Shown piece after piece: positions 22,139 to 33,439 of a stretch of DNA of 64,000 nt. This DNA comes from Nostoc sp. DedSLP01. GTDB taxonomy: Bacteria > Cyanobacteriota > Cyanobacteriia > Cyanobacteriales > Nostocaceae. The position numbers and the translations under genes were made by a program. The DNA lies in NCBI GenBank assembly GCA_034530875.2, contig JAVRCJ020000002.1, forward strand, positions 128,001 to 192,000, written 5' to 3'. How positions within the stretch are numbered: the first letter of the stretch is position 1; every line of letters begins with the position of its first letter. The notes under the pieces are model-generated. The model was given only the letters and a program-made list of their open reading frames with translations. It had not been told where the DNA came from and ran no database searches.

Positions 22139-23026
22139 TTAAGCAAGAGTCCGTCGTAGTTGGGGCTGAATGCTAACTAAAGCAACAAGAGCAAATCCAA
22201 ACAACACCAATAACGCCCCACCAAAGGTAACATCACCCCAAGGAGCCTGCATAACTACACTATCTAATGCCCAACTACTGTGGAGATAGAGATAGCGAAT
22301 GGGTTCGATCGCATAACTGAGAGGATTTAAGGTAGCTACAACCTGCAACCACTTAGGCATAAACGATAGAGGAGCCAAAGCGGTACTAGCAAACAATAAT
22401 GGTAGGTTAGTGACGAAAATTACCGCAATCAATTCAATGTGACCGGGTAGGGCAAAAGCCAAGCCTAGAGAAATGGCTGTCACACCCAAAGCTAGGAGGA
22501 AAACAATTAAAGCGATCGCACCCAAACCAGTTGCATCAGGTATTCCCGCACCTAAAAACGCTGCTGCTCCTACAATGACTGCTGCTTGCAGTAAACTTTG
22601 GCTGATAATAAAGATTGCCGAAGCAAAGACAATGGAAAACCGCGATGCTAAAGGTGCTACCAGTAAACGATTCAAAAAGCCGAACTCGCGGTCAAACATC
22701 ACAGGCAAGCCAGCATTCAACGCTCCTGCAAAGGCTGTAAATACAATTACTCCAGCAGCCAAAAATTGTCCGTAATTTGTCGTACTGCCAAACAAGCCTT
22801 TGGGTGCATTTTGGAATAAAGCACCAAACAGCACCAACCACATCACTGGCTGAATAATTCCAGCAACTAATGTCGAAGGACGGCGTTGCAATTGAATAAA
22901 CAAGCGACGAGTTAAAGCCAGGGTCTCTTGTACCAATTCACCGAAAAAATTAGAAGGAGGATTAGCATCGACTTGGGGTGATGCTAATGTCTGCCAATCG
23001 ATCTCAGATTTAGGGGTAACACTCAT
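22139..23026 (-). CDS. ABC-2 type exporter permease (DrrB-like)
   Basis: DREFGFLNRLLVAP, NPLSYAIE, six TM segments. Confidence 0.9.
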   Translation of the reverse strand: MSVTPKSEIDWQTLASPQVDANPPSNFFGELVQETLALTRRLFIQLQRRPSTLVAGIIQPVMWLVLFGALFQNAPKGLFGSTTNYGQFLAAGVIVFTAFAGALNAGLPVMFDREFGFLNRLLVAPLASRFSIVFASAIFIISQSLLQAAVIVGAAAFLGAGIPDATGLGAIALIVFLLALGVTAISLGLAFALPGHIELIAVIFVTNLPLLFASTALAPLSFMPKWLQVVATLNPLSYAIEPIRYLYLHSSWALDSVVMQAPWGDVTFGGALLVLFGFALVALVSIQPQLRRTLA

Positions 23027-23131
23027 AATAATTAGGGATTGGGGATTAGGGATTGGGGATTAGGTATTGGGGATTAGGGATTGGGGATTAGGTAAACTCT
23101 TTCCCAGTCCTCAGTCACCAGTCCCCAGGTC

Positions 23132-24151
23132 CTATCTCATATTCTGCTTTTTCTCAGCTTTAGGATCGCGAGTGGCGATGGCTGCTAGTTCTGCATCCAT
23201 GAGGGTGCGTCCTGTGGCGGCGAGGTAAACATCATCAAGACTGGGGCGAGATTGGGCGATGCCAAATATGGGCAAGCCTGCTGTATTTAGGGTTTGCTGG
23301 ATGTTGATGAGAACATCGTTTTGGGGTGTCACCACTAAGTTGAGAGAATTACCTTGAGCGTTGTTAATGATGACTTCTTGGACGAAGGGCAAAGATTGGA
23401 GGAGGTTTTTAGCAATTTCTGCTTCTTCAATGGGGGAAAACTCCTGAATTCGCAAAGTGATGCGATCGCCCCCTACTCTGTCTTTCAATTGGGAAGGTGT
23501 CCCAGCAGCGATGACAACACCGCGATCGATTATTGCCACGCGATCGGCTAGGGCGTCAATCTCTTCTAAATAATGGCTGGTAATTAATACCGTCGTCCCA
23601 GAGGCACGTAATTTTCTCAAAAAATCCCACACCACAAAACGGCTTTCTATGTCAAGCCCTACAGTCGGCTCGTCCAAGACTAAAACATCCGGTGCGTGGA
23701 GTAACCCAGCAGCTAAGTCAAGGCGCTTGCGTAAACCGCCAGAGTAGGTTCCGGTTTTTTTATTGGCGTATTCTTGTAAACCGAGTAAATCTAATACTGT
23801 TTCAATACGCTGTTTGGCTATTGCACCTGGCAGGTGATAAAGTGCTGCTTGCAATTGCAGCAGTTCTCGTCCAGTTAACACCTTATCTATAGCGACTTCC
23901 TGAGCTACATAGCCTAGTCGTTGCCTTGCCACTCTCGGATTATCTAATACAGAGATGCCGGATACTTCGATTTTGCCAGCATCGGGTGTGGTGAGGGTAC
24001 ACAAGGCGCGCAAGGTGGTAGTTTTTCCCGCACCGTTGGGGCCCAGCAAACCAAAGATTTCTCCTGATTCTACCTGAAAGGAAACATCCTTAACAGCAAC
24101 TACCGTGCCGTAGGATTTTTGCAGATTTTGAATTAAAACGGCGGGAGCCAT
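23132..24151 (-). CDS. ABC exporter ATP-binding protein (DrrA-like)
   Basis: GPNGAGKTT, YSGG, LDEPTVGLD, SHYLEE, PSLDDVYL. Confidence 0.92.
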   Translation of the reverse strand: MAPAVLIQNLQKSYGTVVAVKDVSFQVESGEIFGLLGPNGAGKTTTLRALCTLTTPDAGKIEVSGISVLDNPRVARQRLGYVAQEVAIDKVLTGRELLQLQAALYHLPGAIAKQRIETVLDLLGLQEYANKKTGTYSGGLRKRLDLAAGLLHAPDVLVLDEPTVGLDIESRFVVWDFLRKLRASGTTVLITSHYLEEIDALADRVAIIDRGVVIAAGTPSQLKDRVGGDRITLRIQEFSPIEEAEIAKNLLQSLPFVQEVIINNAQGNSLNLVVTPQNDVLINIQQTLNTAGLPIFGIAQSRPSLDDVYLAATGRTLMDAELAAIATRDPKAEKKQNMR

Positions 24152-24284
24152 GACAGCTTTTCCCCAACTATACAAATCTCAATAAATCTATCTTTATTGT
24201 AGAAGGTGGGGAGAAGGAAATAGCGCACGAGCGAAAATCTGTAAATCAGTTCGCTTCATGCGCCATGCTGCCAAAAATTTCTGA

Positions 24285-24494
24285 TTATTTTACGCAAGTT
24301 GTTCGATCGCGTTTGTGGCGAAATACACCAAATGCGATCGCAACTAATCCTAAACCTGGTAGATTGGCAGGTTCGGGAATCGAAGCAGGATTAGGAGGGT
24401 TATTGTTATTTGTAGTATTAGGGGGAGTGTAATAATTCTCAGTTTTTGGTTTAGGAAGCTGCTTGATTTGATTAAGATTATCAAGTTGCAGCTT
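24285..24494 (-). pseudogene. Orphan C-terminal fragment of a PEP-CTERM protein
   Basis: Open frame lacking ATG: KLQLDNLNQIKQLPKPKTENYYTPPNTTNNNNPPNPASIPEPANLPGLGLVAIAFGVFRHKRDRTTCVK*. Confidence 0.65.
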
Positions 24495-24501
24495 CTAAAT
24501 T

Positions 24502-26028
24502 TTATACTTTTACGGATTCTGCACTTGAAAGAATTACAGAATTAGTAAGTGATTTCACTACTTTTAAAGTTTTTAGCGTAGTGTCATGGCAACCACCAAT
24601 CGATCCTCCCATTGCTTTAATTTTTTGCAAGTAGTCGAGAACAGGTTTGGTAATAATTTCTCCCGGCATTAATACAGGAATTCCCGGTGGATAGGGACAG
24701 ACGATTTCAGCACAAATACAATCGCAAGTCTGTGCTAAAGGTAATGTTTCACTAGCAGCAAAAAAAGCTTCACGGGGAGATAAACACACATTACTACTAA
24801 CTGTTCTGGCAAAATTCTGAAAAATATCGTTTTTAACAGTCACATTGGGTTGCCTATATTCTTTGGCAAGCATGGTAAAACCTTTTACTAATTGCTCGAT
24901 ATCTGAAGGGGTGTTGCCTAAACTAATGATAAAAGTCAGGTGTTGCTGAGAGGGAAATTCAGGAGTAACGCCAAATTTTTCATCTAAAATTTCATCTGCT
25001 GCAAATCCAGTTAAACCTAGATTAGAAACAGTTACAGTTAGTCTTGTTTTATCTAAAGCTACAAAGCCGGGAGATCCCTCAAAACCCCCTTGGTTAAGAA
25101 GTTCTAACACAGATAATCCAGGAATCTCCCTGATTCTGGTTCTGGCTTCTTCAGCAAGTTGCAAAGTCTGAGACATCAGCATTTTGCCGTCAAGTGCCAT
25201 TTGCTGACGCGCTGCATCTAGAGAAGCTAAAAGTATATAGCTAGGACTGGTAGACTGTACAAGTCGTAAAGCTTTACTAATGCGATCGCTATCTATCCTA
25301 TTACCTTGAATGTGCAACATTGATGTTTGGGTCATCGCACCGAGTACTTTATGGACGGACTGTACAGTTAAATCCGCACCTGCGGCTAAAGCTGAAATGG
25401 GTAATTTGGGATGAAAGCTAAAGTGTGCGCCGTGTGCCTCATCTACAAGTAGAGGAATATTGTATTTATGGGCAATGTTAGCGATCGCCTTTAAATCTCC
25501 ACAAACACCGTAATATGTTGGGTAGACTGCAAACACTGCTTTAGCGTCGGGATGTTCTCGGAGTGCAGATTCTACAGCAGCAGGCGTGATACTGTGGGCA
25601 ATATCTAAAATTGGGTCATATTCAGGATTAAGAAAAATTGGAATAGCACCAGAAAGAATTAAGCCACCTATGACCGAAGAATGGACATTTCGAGGCAAAA
25701 TGATTTTATCGCCAGTGCCACAGGTAGCGAGAATTGCCGCCTCAATTCCACAGGTAGAACCATTAACAAGAAACCATGTTTGTGAAGCGCCAAATGCTTC
25801 AGCCGCCAATATTTGTGCTTTTTGAATTACCCCTTGGGGTGAAAAAAGATTATCTAAATCAGTTAATTCTGTTAAGTCAGCACGAAATACACTTTTGCCA
25901 ACTAAATCGGCTAAAGGCTGAGAAATGCCCTTGCCTTGTTTGTGTCCTGGCATATAAAAAGGAGCATGGGGACGTGTTGCATTGACTTTTAAAGCATCTA
26001 ACAGGGGTGTTTGATTTTGATTGAGCAT
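24502..26028 (-). CDS. Orn/Lys/Arg decarboxylase family PLP enzyme
   Basis: MPGHKQG, LVNGST, DEAHGAH, QSVHK PLP lysine, STSPSY, YPPGIP. Confidence 0.92.
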   Translation of the reverse strand: MLNQNQTPLLDALKVNATRPHAPFYMPGHKQGKGISQPLADLVGKSVFRADLTELTDLDNLFSPQGVIQKAQILAAEAFGASQTWFLVNGSTCGIEAAILATCGTGDKIILPRNVHSSVIGGLILSGAIPIFLNPEYDPILDIAHSITPAAVESALREHPDAKAVFAVYPTYYGVCGDLKAIANIAHKYNIPLLVDEAHGAHFSFHPKLPISALAAGADLTVQSVHKVLGAMTQTSMLHIQGNRIDSDRISKALRLVQSTSPSYILLASLDAARQQMALDGKMLMSQTLQLAEEARTRIREIPGLSVLELLNQGGFEGSPGFVALDKTRLTVTVSNLGLTGFAADEILDEKFGVTPEFPSQQHLTFIISLGNTPSDIEQLVKGFTMLAKEYRQPNVTVKNDIFQNFARTVSSNVCLSPREAFFAASETLPLAQTCDCICAEIVCPYPPGIPVLMPGEIITKPVLDYLQKIKAMGGSIGGCHDTTLKTLKVVKSLTNSVILSSAESVKV

Positions 26029-26209
26029 TTTCTAGACAAAGAATATAAGATGAGGTTCGCACAAAGACAAGGCAGCACATTCAGCGGCTTTGTCAACTTT
26101 TACTCCTTTCCTACAGGATGTTTGCAACACGTTCTGCGAACGCCTAGCTTACATCTCCGTAGGAATGCGGAGAACTTCAAGTCTAACAAGTGCTGCGAGA
26201 ATATAGAAA

Positions 26210-26920
26210 ATGAACAAACCTTATCATCAAATTCCGATTTGGGAGTGTGGGGAAAGACTCCTCAGGATTCCTTTAGAATTGTTTGCGGTAGAATCTCCCC
26301 ATCCTTATGAAAAGTTAGGCGCACCTTATGGCGATCGCTCTCCCTATTATCTCCGTGAAAGTGCCATTGAAAATTTGATTGCAGCGCAAAATTACTTAGA
26401 ATTGTCGCATCCCAACTGGCGGATTCAAATTTTTGATGCCTATCGGCCGATCGCAGTCCAGCAGTTTATGGTAGATTACAGCTTCGCCCAAGCAGTACGA
26501 GAAAGGGGACTTACTGAAGCCGATTTATCGCCAAACCAACGTCAAGAAATTTGGCAAGCGGTTTATGAAATTTGGGCTATGCCGAGTTTCGATGAAAAAA
26601 CTCCCCCTCCGCATAGTACTGGTGCTGCGGTGGATATAACGCTGGTAGATGATACTGGGGAAATAGTCGATATGGGTTCGCCCATTGATGAGATGTCAAA
26701 GCGATCGCTTCCCGATTATTATGCCAATAGCGCCCATCCAAAAGCAGAGAAATATCACGCTAACCGTCAGCTATTGCGAGATGTAATGTTAAAAGCTGGC
26801 TTTCAACGCAATCCTAAAGAGTGGTGGCATTTTTCTTTTGGCGATCAAATGTGGGCTTGGCTGAATAATCTATCCAATCCAACCAATCCTGTTAGCGCGC
26901 GTTATGGGCGTCTTGTATAG
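26210..26920 (+). CDS. M15 family D-Ala-D-Ala dipeptidase (VanX-like)
   Basis: DAYRP, HSTGAAVD, EWWHF zinc motifs. Confidence 0.9.
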   Translation: MNKPYHQIPIWECGERLLRIPLELFAVESPHPYEKLGAPYGDRSPYYLRESAIENLIAAQNYLELSHPNWRIQIFDAYRPIAVQQFMVDYSFAQAVRERGLTEADLSPNQRQEIWQAVYEIWAMPSFDEKTPPPHSTGAAVDITLVDDTGEIVDMGSPIDEMSKRSLPDYYANSAHPKAEKYHANRQLLRDVMLKAGFQRNPKEWWHFSFGDQMWAWLNNLSNPTNPVSARYGRLV

Positions 26921-27115
26921 AAAGAATTCAGGAGTCAGAATTCAGAATTCAGAATTAAATTAAAGTCCAACTGGCGGAAGAATAAATGGTGAAATCATCA
27001 TACTAAATCTTTCCTGCCGAAGACTGCGCTAACGATAAGCACTCATCCTTCAATTCTTATTCTGGCTCCTGTTAGCGTAGCGGGGCGTAGCCCATTCTGA
27101 ATTCTGAATTCTTCT

Positions 27116-27589
27116 TCAAGCATCTTGGGGATTTAATTCCCTTAACTCTTCAGTGGTGTAAGTACCAATGGGAGTCCAAATTAGATAAGGAAGAAGTAAC
27201 AGCGCTGCTAATGGAGAAATCGGCAAAACGCAAATTACTAGGAGAACGGCACAAATCAAACCGGATACTCCGAGAATTTCTCCAACTTTGAGACTACGAA
27301 ACCTCAGCATTAAAGGTATGTAAGCGACGGTGATAATTTCCACCAACAGGTACAAAACCATTAACAGCCAAGTAATTATGCTTCCTGAGTTTTTTTGCCA
27401 AACAAAATTAGCTGAAGCTGCACCACAAATAAATATTACAGTCCAGATGAATGGAATCAGCGGCTCAAAAACTAGCCATTGAGGGCGACTTAACTTGGCA
27501 AACCATTTAACATCGCGGGGGGTGATGAAGAAACTACCAAGGGCGACTAAGAAAGTTACAGCCCCAATTATTATCCAAGATGGAATCAT
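27116..27589 (-). CDS. TspO/MBR family tryptophan-rich sensory protein
   Basis: WF..L.RP.W...IWTVIF...LLLPYL.W. Confidence 0.88.
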   Translation of the reverse strand: MIPSWIIIGAVTFLVALGSFFITPRDVKWFAKLSRPQWLVFEPLIPFIWTVIFICGAASANFVWQKNSGSIITWLLMVLYLLVEIITVAYIPLMLRFRSLKVGEILGVSGLICAVLLVICVLPISPLAALLLLPYLIWTPIGTYTTEELRELNPQDA

Positions 27590-27679
27590 ACTGCACTCTT
27601 GCTTTGTGTATTTTGTCAATTAGTACACTGCAAGTTTGACAATTTAGAAGATAAGTTTAATCATTCGTTAGTGCTAATC

Positions 27680-28153
27680 TTAGGCATCTTGAGGATTGAG
27701 ATTAATCATCCGCCAAGTGGTATAAGTTCCGATGGGACTCCAAAGTAAATAAGGAACTAGTAACAGCGCCGCCCAACCAGAAATACTTAAAACTGCAAGT
27801 GTCAATAAAGCACCAATAATAAAACCTGTACCGCCTAGAACTGTACCTATTTTTAGGCTTCGCAGCCTAAACATTACAGGGGTATAAGCAATAGTGACAA
27901 TTTCTAATAGTAAATATAAACCCATAATTAACCACGTTGAAGTGCTTCCTGGGTCTTTTTCCCAAACAATATAAGCCGACCAACCACCGCAAATAAATAT
28001 TACAGTCCAAATAAGTGGAATTGCTCCTTCAAAAGTTAGCCATCTTGGTCGCTGTAAGCGCTTGAACCACTGGCGATCGCCTGGTGTAATTGCATTGGCT
28101 GCTAGAGCAACTAAAAAACCCACACCTGCAATGACCATCCAAGATTTAATCAT
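27680..28153 (-). CDS. TspO/MBR family protein, tandem paralog
   Basis: Same motifs; both proteins end in LNPQDA. Confidence 0.88.
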   Translation of the reverse strand: MIKSWMVIAGVGFLVALAANAITPGDRQWFKRLQRPRWLTFEGAIPLIWTVIFICGGWSAYIVWEKDPGSTSTWLIMGLYLLLEIVTIAYTPVMFRLRSLKIGTVLGGTGFIIGALLTLAVLSISGWAALLLVPYLLWSPIGTYTTWRMINLNPQDA

Positions 28154-28432
28154 GCCCTTTATCCTTTACAAGTGCTATCTATCGCTTAAATATCACTATT
28201 TATAGTGTAATTTTGTCAATTTAGTCGCTAATTATTCATCATCCTTGAGTTTGATAACTTTTCATCGTTTGGCAGGATTTTATTTAGTTATTGGTTATTG
28301 GTTATTTTTCTGTGGCTTTGCGTTCTTATTGGCGATTTATTCCCTACGATTGCAAGGCGATTCTGTCTCAAGGTGGGCGTATGGGGTAAAGCGGCGAAAT
28401 ATTGTGAGCAGTAGGAGTATAAGGTATTTAAT

Positions 28433-29002
28433 ATGCAAACTGAATCAGAAATACGTTCGCCAGCGCCAGAAACTAAAGGAATTGGTAATACTATTCGCAT
28501 TACAGGCTGGATTAGTTTTTGGTTACAATTGGGGCTTGCAGTGGTTTCTGCGTTAGCTTTATTTTTTGCCGTGACTGCTCGTGGCTTGGCACAGCAACCA
28601 AACACTGGCCTTGGAGTTGGCGTATTTTGGGCTATATGTGGAATTGTAGTACTGTTAATCGCTGTCTATTGGGATTTTCGTAATGTTCGTATCGGCAAAA
28701 GTTTACAAAATCCTAATCCAGCCCTACATATAAGTAAAGCAGATACAATTAACATCCTCCGACTTGGGGTAATTATAGGTTTGGTGGGAATGCTTTTAAG
28801 CCTTTTAGGTGCTGGAGCAACAATTTTAGTATTAATTGCAAAATCTATATCCCAACCACCAGGAGTCGCAATCACTGACCCCTACAGAGTTATTCGAGCG
28901 CTGGATGTTTTTGTAGCTGTGGCAAACATCGCTGGAATTGCTGCTCATTATGTCGGTACTGTCGGATCTTTATGGTTGCTGGAGCGAGTGCATCAACACT
29001 AG
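28433..29002 (+). CDS. DUF3611 family (Tic21/PIC1-like) membrane protein
   Basis: GWISFWLQL.LAVVS...IRALDVFV..AN...I.AHYVG. Confidence 0.8.
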   Translation: MQTESEIRSPAPETKGIGNTIRITGWISFWLQLGLAVVSALALFFAVTARGLAQQPNTGLGVGVFWAICGIVVLLIAVYWDFRNVRIGKSLQNPNPALHISKADTINILRLGVIIGLVGMLLSLLGAGATILVLIAKSISQPPGVAITDPYRVIRALDVFVAVANIAGIAAHYVGTVGSLWLLERVHQH

Positions 29003-29328
29003 TACTGCTTTGAGACGTTCGTAATTCTTAATTTGAACTCTATTAACGAGTATTTGATATTCGTAGTGGCGATCGCAATCCAAAAAAAGAGCCATAAGAT
29101 ACTGATTCCTTACTCCCCAAGACCGCAGTGACTCGTTCCTGGCTACATAGATAAGTGCAAACTTAAAACTGATTACTATAGGTTTTACATTCCCTTTGAG
29201 GTCTTAAAGTTGCGCCTTTAAGACAAATGTGCTTATTACTTATGATAGTTACTAAGACTCACCTGAATAAGTGAAAGTAGTGAGAGCAATGAGTGAGGTA
29301 AATATACTTAGTAATTGAGGTTCAAAGC

Positions 29329-29568
29329 ATGAACTCAACAGGTGAGGCTCAAACTGTGGACTCGTCCTGGTATCTTCCACTGCCGTTGAAAGAGTATGCA
29401 ATGAGCCGAGTGACTGTCTACTTTTATAGCGACGGGTGGGTTCCAATTAAATATTGTTTTTTGGAAAAGGCAATTTTGCTATATAACAGAGCAAAATTAG
29501 AGGGCAAGGAGATTTTATTATTTCCTCCTGATTTAGACCCTAATGAATTCTCACACACTTTTAATTAA
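29329..29568 (+). CDS. Small hypothetical protein (start may be 29401)
   Basis: ORF with GAGG upstream and globular-looking sequence. Confidence 0.45.
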   Translation: MNSTGEAQTVDSSWYLPLPLKEYAMSRVTVYFYSDGWVPIKYCFLEKAILLYNRAKLEGKEILLFPPDLDPNEFSHTFN

Positions 29569-29917
29569 AATCCATTTAGCTCTGCCATTTTTCAAAAAAA
29601 CATTGTAATAATTTTTTCCAATATACTGGCGTACTTTGTACGCCTTTATTAATCAATATCTTCTCTAAAATTTTATTAGTTTTAATATTAAATACAATTA
29701 TAAATTTTAAATTTAAGATGGATATAATTATTTTTAAAGGTTAAATTTTTAGTAAAAACGAGTAAAAAAAGGATTTTTAGTTTATTTGTTTTCAATAAGT
29801 TATTAATTTTATAATTAGGAAGAATCAAACTATTAAAAGTGAAATTAAACGCCGATTCTCTGGATATTGCCCATGAGATATAAAATATAAGAATTCAGTA
29901 AGTCAGCAAAGGTCAGT

Positions 29918-30352
29918 ATGCGATTACTACATACAATGTTGCGGGTAGGCAACCTTGAAGAGTCATTAAAATTTTATTGTGAAGTTCTGGGTATGAAATT
30001 ACTGCGGCGAAAAGATTATCCAGGAGGAGAATTTACCCTAGCTTTTGTAGGCTATGGTGACGAAAGCGATAACACGGTGATAGAACTAACCTACAACTGG
30101 GGAGTAGAAAAATATGAATTAGGTAATGCTTACGGTCACATTGCTCTTGGGGTTGATGATATTTACAGTAAATGTGAAGAAATTCGCAATCAAGGCGGTA
30201 AAATCGTGCGCGAACCAGGGCCAATGAAACATGGTTCGACAGTAATTGCTTTTGTGGAAGATCCAGATGGGTATAAAATTGAACTGATTCAACTGGGAAC
30301 TCAAGGCTCGGCAATCAAACCCGAATCACAAGAGCAACTTGTAAGTCAGTAA
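29918..30352 (+). CDS. gloA: Lactoylglutathione lyase (glyoxalase I)
   Basis: [35 protein letters not shown]. Confidence 0.95.
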   Translation: MRLLHTMLRVGNLEESLKFYCEVLGMKLLRRKDYPGGEFTLAFVGYGDESDNTVIELTYNWGVEKYELGNAYGHIALGVDDIYSKCEEIRNQGGKIVREPGPMKHGSTVIAFVEDPDGYKIELIQLGTQGSAIKPESQEQLVSQ

Positions 30353-30667
30353 TTCTAAAACTAAGAATTTATTTACTGTTGTTAACGAGCAACGCAGCGA
30401 TCGCTCTAAATAGTACCATTTGGCAAACTACGCTCATCAGCATGTTTTCGTTTTAAATTAGGGAATAGGTAGGGATTGGGGAGATGGCTTCGCTAAGGGC
30501 AAAGGCAAAGGGCAAGGGGTAAAGGGCAAGGAGCAAAGGGCAAGGGGCAAAGGAGAAAGGGAATAAACCCTACCTTTTCCCTTTCCCCTTTCACCTTTTC
30601 CCTACCCGAAGGGTTTTGCCCGATACCCAATCCCTAAAATAAAAATCTCAAATCGAAACTTTTAAAG

Positions 30668-33310
30668 ATGCAACCTACAGATCCGAATAAATTTACAGAT
30701 AAAGCCTGGGAAGCGATTGTGAAATCTCAGGATATAGTTCGTGCTTATCAACAACAGCAACTAGATGTCGAACATTTAATTATTGCTCTGTTAGAAGAAC
30801 CCACTAGTTTAGCAATACGTATTTTAGCTAGGTCTGAGGTCGATCCAATCAGGTTGCAGCAGCAATTAGAAGCTTTTACCCAACGTCAGCCAAAAGTTGG
30901 TAAAAGCGATCAGCTTTATCTCGGTCGCAGTTTAGATGTTTTGCTAGACCAAGCCGAGGAAATTAGAGCCAGAATGAAAGATTCCTACATTTCTGTAGAA
31001 CACATTCTGCTAGCTTTTGCAGATGATGAACGCGTTGGGCGGCGGGTGCTCAAAGGCTTTAATGCAGATCCAGCGAAGTTAGAAGCCACAATCAAAGCTG
31101 TTCGCGGTAGCCAAAAAGTCACAGATCAAAATCCAGAATCCCGCTACGAGGCTTTACAAAAGTTTGGCAGAGACTTAACAGAACAGGCAAAAGCTGGAAA
31201 ACTCGACCCGGTAATTGGACGGGATGACGAAATTCGTCGCGTAATTCAGGTATTGTCACGCCGCAGCAAAAATAATCCGGTCTTGATTGGCGAACCTGGA
31301 GTTGGTAAAACTGCGATCGCGGAAGCATTAGCACAGCGTATGGTCAATGGTGATGTTCCCGAATCCCTGAAAAATCGCCAACTCATTTCTTTAGATATGG
31401 GTAGTTTGATTGCTGGGGCAAAATACCGGGGTGAGTTTGAAGATCGTTTGAAATCTGTTCTGCGCGAAGTGATGGAATCGAACGGTCAAATCGTTCTGTT
31501 TATTGACGAATTACACACCGTAGTCGGCACAGGTTCCAATCAACAAGGGGCGATGGATGCGGGAAATTTACTCAAACCCATGCTCGCGCGGGGAGAATTG
31601 CGTTGCATTGGTGCTACTACTTTGGATGAGTTCCGCAAACACATTGAAAAAGATGCTGCCCTAGAACGCCGCTTTCAGCAAGTATTCGTAGATCAGCCAA
31701 GTGTAGAAAATACTATATCCATTCTGCGGGGATTGAAAGAACGCTACGAAGTCCATCACAACGTTAAAATTTCTGACTCGGCTTTAGTCGCAGCAGCAAC
31801 CTTGTCAGCACGTTATATTAGCGATCGCTTTTTACCAGATAAAGCCATTGACTTAGTAGATGAGGCCGCCGCACAGTTGAAAATGGAGATTACCTCCAAA
31901 CCCGCAGAATTGGAAACCATCGACCGCCGCCTCATGCAGTTAGAAATGGAAAAGCTGTCATTAGCTGGTGAAGAAAAAGGTACTATCCAAACTAGAGAAC
32001 GTTTGCAGCGAATTGAGGAAGAAATCGCCAATCTGACCGAGAAGCAACACATATTTAACGACCAATGGCAAGGTGAAAAGCAGCTATTAGAAGCGATAAG
32101 TGCCCTAAAGAAAGAAGAAGACGCGCTGCGAGTGCAAATCGAACAAGCAGAACGTGCTTATGACTTGAATAAAGCCGCACAGTTGAAGTATGGCAAGTTG
32201 GAAGGAGTCCAACGCGATCGCGAAGCCAAAGAAGCGAAACTGTTAGAAATTCAAAGCCAAGGTTCCACTTTGCTCCGAGAGCAAGTTACTGAAGCAGATA
32301 TTGCCGAAATAGTCGCCAAATGGACAGGAATTCCCGTTAATCGGCTGTTGGAATCGGAACGGCAAAAATTACTCCAACTAGAAAGTCATTTGCATCAACG
32401 AGTCATCGGCCAACAAGAAGCTGTAGAAGCCGTAGCAGCCGCAATTCGTCGCGCCCGTGCGGGAATGAAAGACCCCTCGCGTCCCATTGGTTCATTTTTG
32501 TTTATGGGGCCAACAGGCGTAGGTAAAACCGAACTCGCCCGTGCTTTAGCTCAATTTCTCTTTGATTCTGACGATGCATTGATCCGCCTCGATATGTCCG
32601 AGTATATGGAAAAACACTCAGTTTCTCGGCTGGTGGGAGCGCCTCCTGGATACATCGGCTACGAAGAAGGCGGTCAACTTTCCGAAACAGTTCGGCGTCG
32701 TCCTTACTCAGTGGTGTTGTTGGACGAAGTAGAAAAAGCACACCCCGATGTGTTTAATATTTTATTGCAGGTATTAGATGATGGCAGAATTACTGATTCT
32801 CAGGGGAGAACAGTAGATTTTCGCAACACCGTCATTGTCATGACCAGTAACATTGGTAGCGAACATATATTGGATGTATCTGGTGATGATTCCAAGTATG
32901 AAACCATGCGGAAGCGGGTAATGGACAACTTGCGATCGCATTTCCGCCCGGAATTCCTCAACCGCATTGACGATTTAATTCTCTTCCATACCCTCAGCCG
33001 TTCCGAAATGCGGCATATCATCCGCATCCAACTCAAACGAGTCGAAAATCTGCTCAGAGATCAAAAAATCTCCTTGGAAATCTCCCAAGGTGCCTGTGAT
33101 TACTTGGTAGAAGCAGGCTATGACCCAGTTTACGGCGCCCGCCCACTCAAACGAGCAATTCAGCGAGAAGTAGAAAACCCCTTAGCTACCAAGTTACTCG
33201 AAAATACCTTTATTTCCGGAGACACCATTCTCATCGATAAAAATGAAAACGGTCTGTCTTTCACGAAAAAAGTACCAGTAAAGGTTTCAGTGACGCAGGT
33301 TGTGACGTAG
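30668..33310 (+). CDS. clpB: ATP-dependent chaperone ClpB
   Basis: Clp N domain, two AAA+ modules ([16 protein letters not shown]), coiled-coil middle domain. Confidence 0.97.
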   Translation: MQPTDPNKFTDKAWEAIVKSQDIVRAYQQQQLDVEHLIIALLEEPTSLAIRILARSEVDPIRLQQQLEAFTQRQPKVGKSDQLYLGRSLDVLLDQAEEIRARMKDSYISVEHILLAFADDERVGRRVLKGFNADPAKLEATIKAVRGSQKVTDQNPESRYEALQKFGRDLTEQAKAGKLDPVIGRDDEIRRVIQVLSRRSKNNPVLIGEPGVGKTAIAEALAQRMVNGDVPESLKNRQLISLDMGSLIAGAKYRGEFEDRLKSVLREVMESNGQIVLFIDELHTVVGTGSNQQGAMDAGNLLKPMLARGELRCIGATTLDEFRKHIEKDAALERRFQQVFVDQPSVENTISILRGLKERYEVHHNVKISDSALVAAATLSARYISDRFLPDKAIDLVDEAAAQLKMEITSKPAELETIDRRLMQLEMEKLSLAGEEKGTIQTRERLQRIEEEIANLTEKQHIFNDQWQGEKQLLEAISALKKEEDALRVQIEQAERAYDLNKAAQLKYGKLEGVQRDREAKEAKLLEIQSQGSTLLREQVTEADIAEIVAKWTGIPVNRLLESERQKLLQLESHLHQRVIGQQEAVEAVAAAIRRARAGMKDPSRPIGSFLFMGPTGVGKTELARALAQFLFDSDDALIRLDMSEYMEKHSVSRLVGAPPGYIGYEEGGQLSETVRRRPYSVVLLDEVEKAHPDVFNILLQVLDDGRITDSQGRTVDFRNTVIVMTSNIGSEHILDVSGDDSKYETMRKRVMDNLRSHFRPEFLNRIDDLILFHTLSRSEMRHIIRIQLKRVENLLRDQKISLEISQGACDYLVEAGYDPVYGARPLKRAIQREVENPLATKLLENTFISGDTILIDKNENGLSFTKKVPVKVSVTQVVT

Positions 33311-33439
33311 CTCTTGAAAAAGGGAGTAGGGAATAGCGAATGGGGAGTGGGGGAGGCACAGAATCGAAGCGAAAAGAGTACTACAACTTCTCCCTCATTT
33401 TCCCTACTCCCTACTCCCCATTCCCCACTCCCCATTTTT

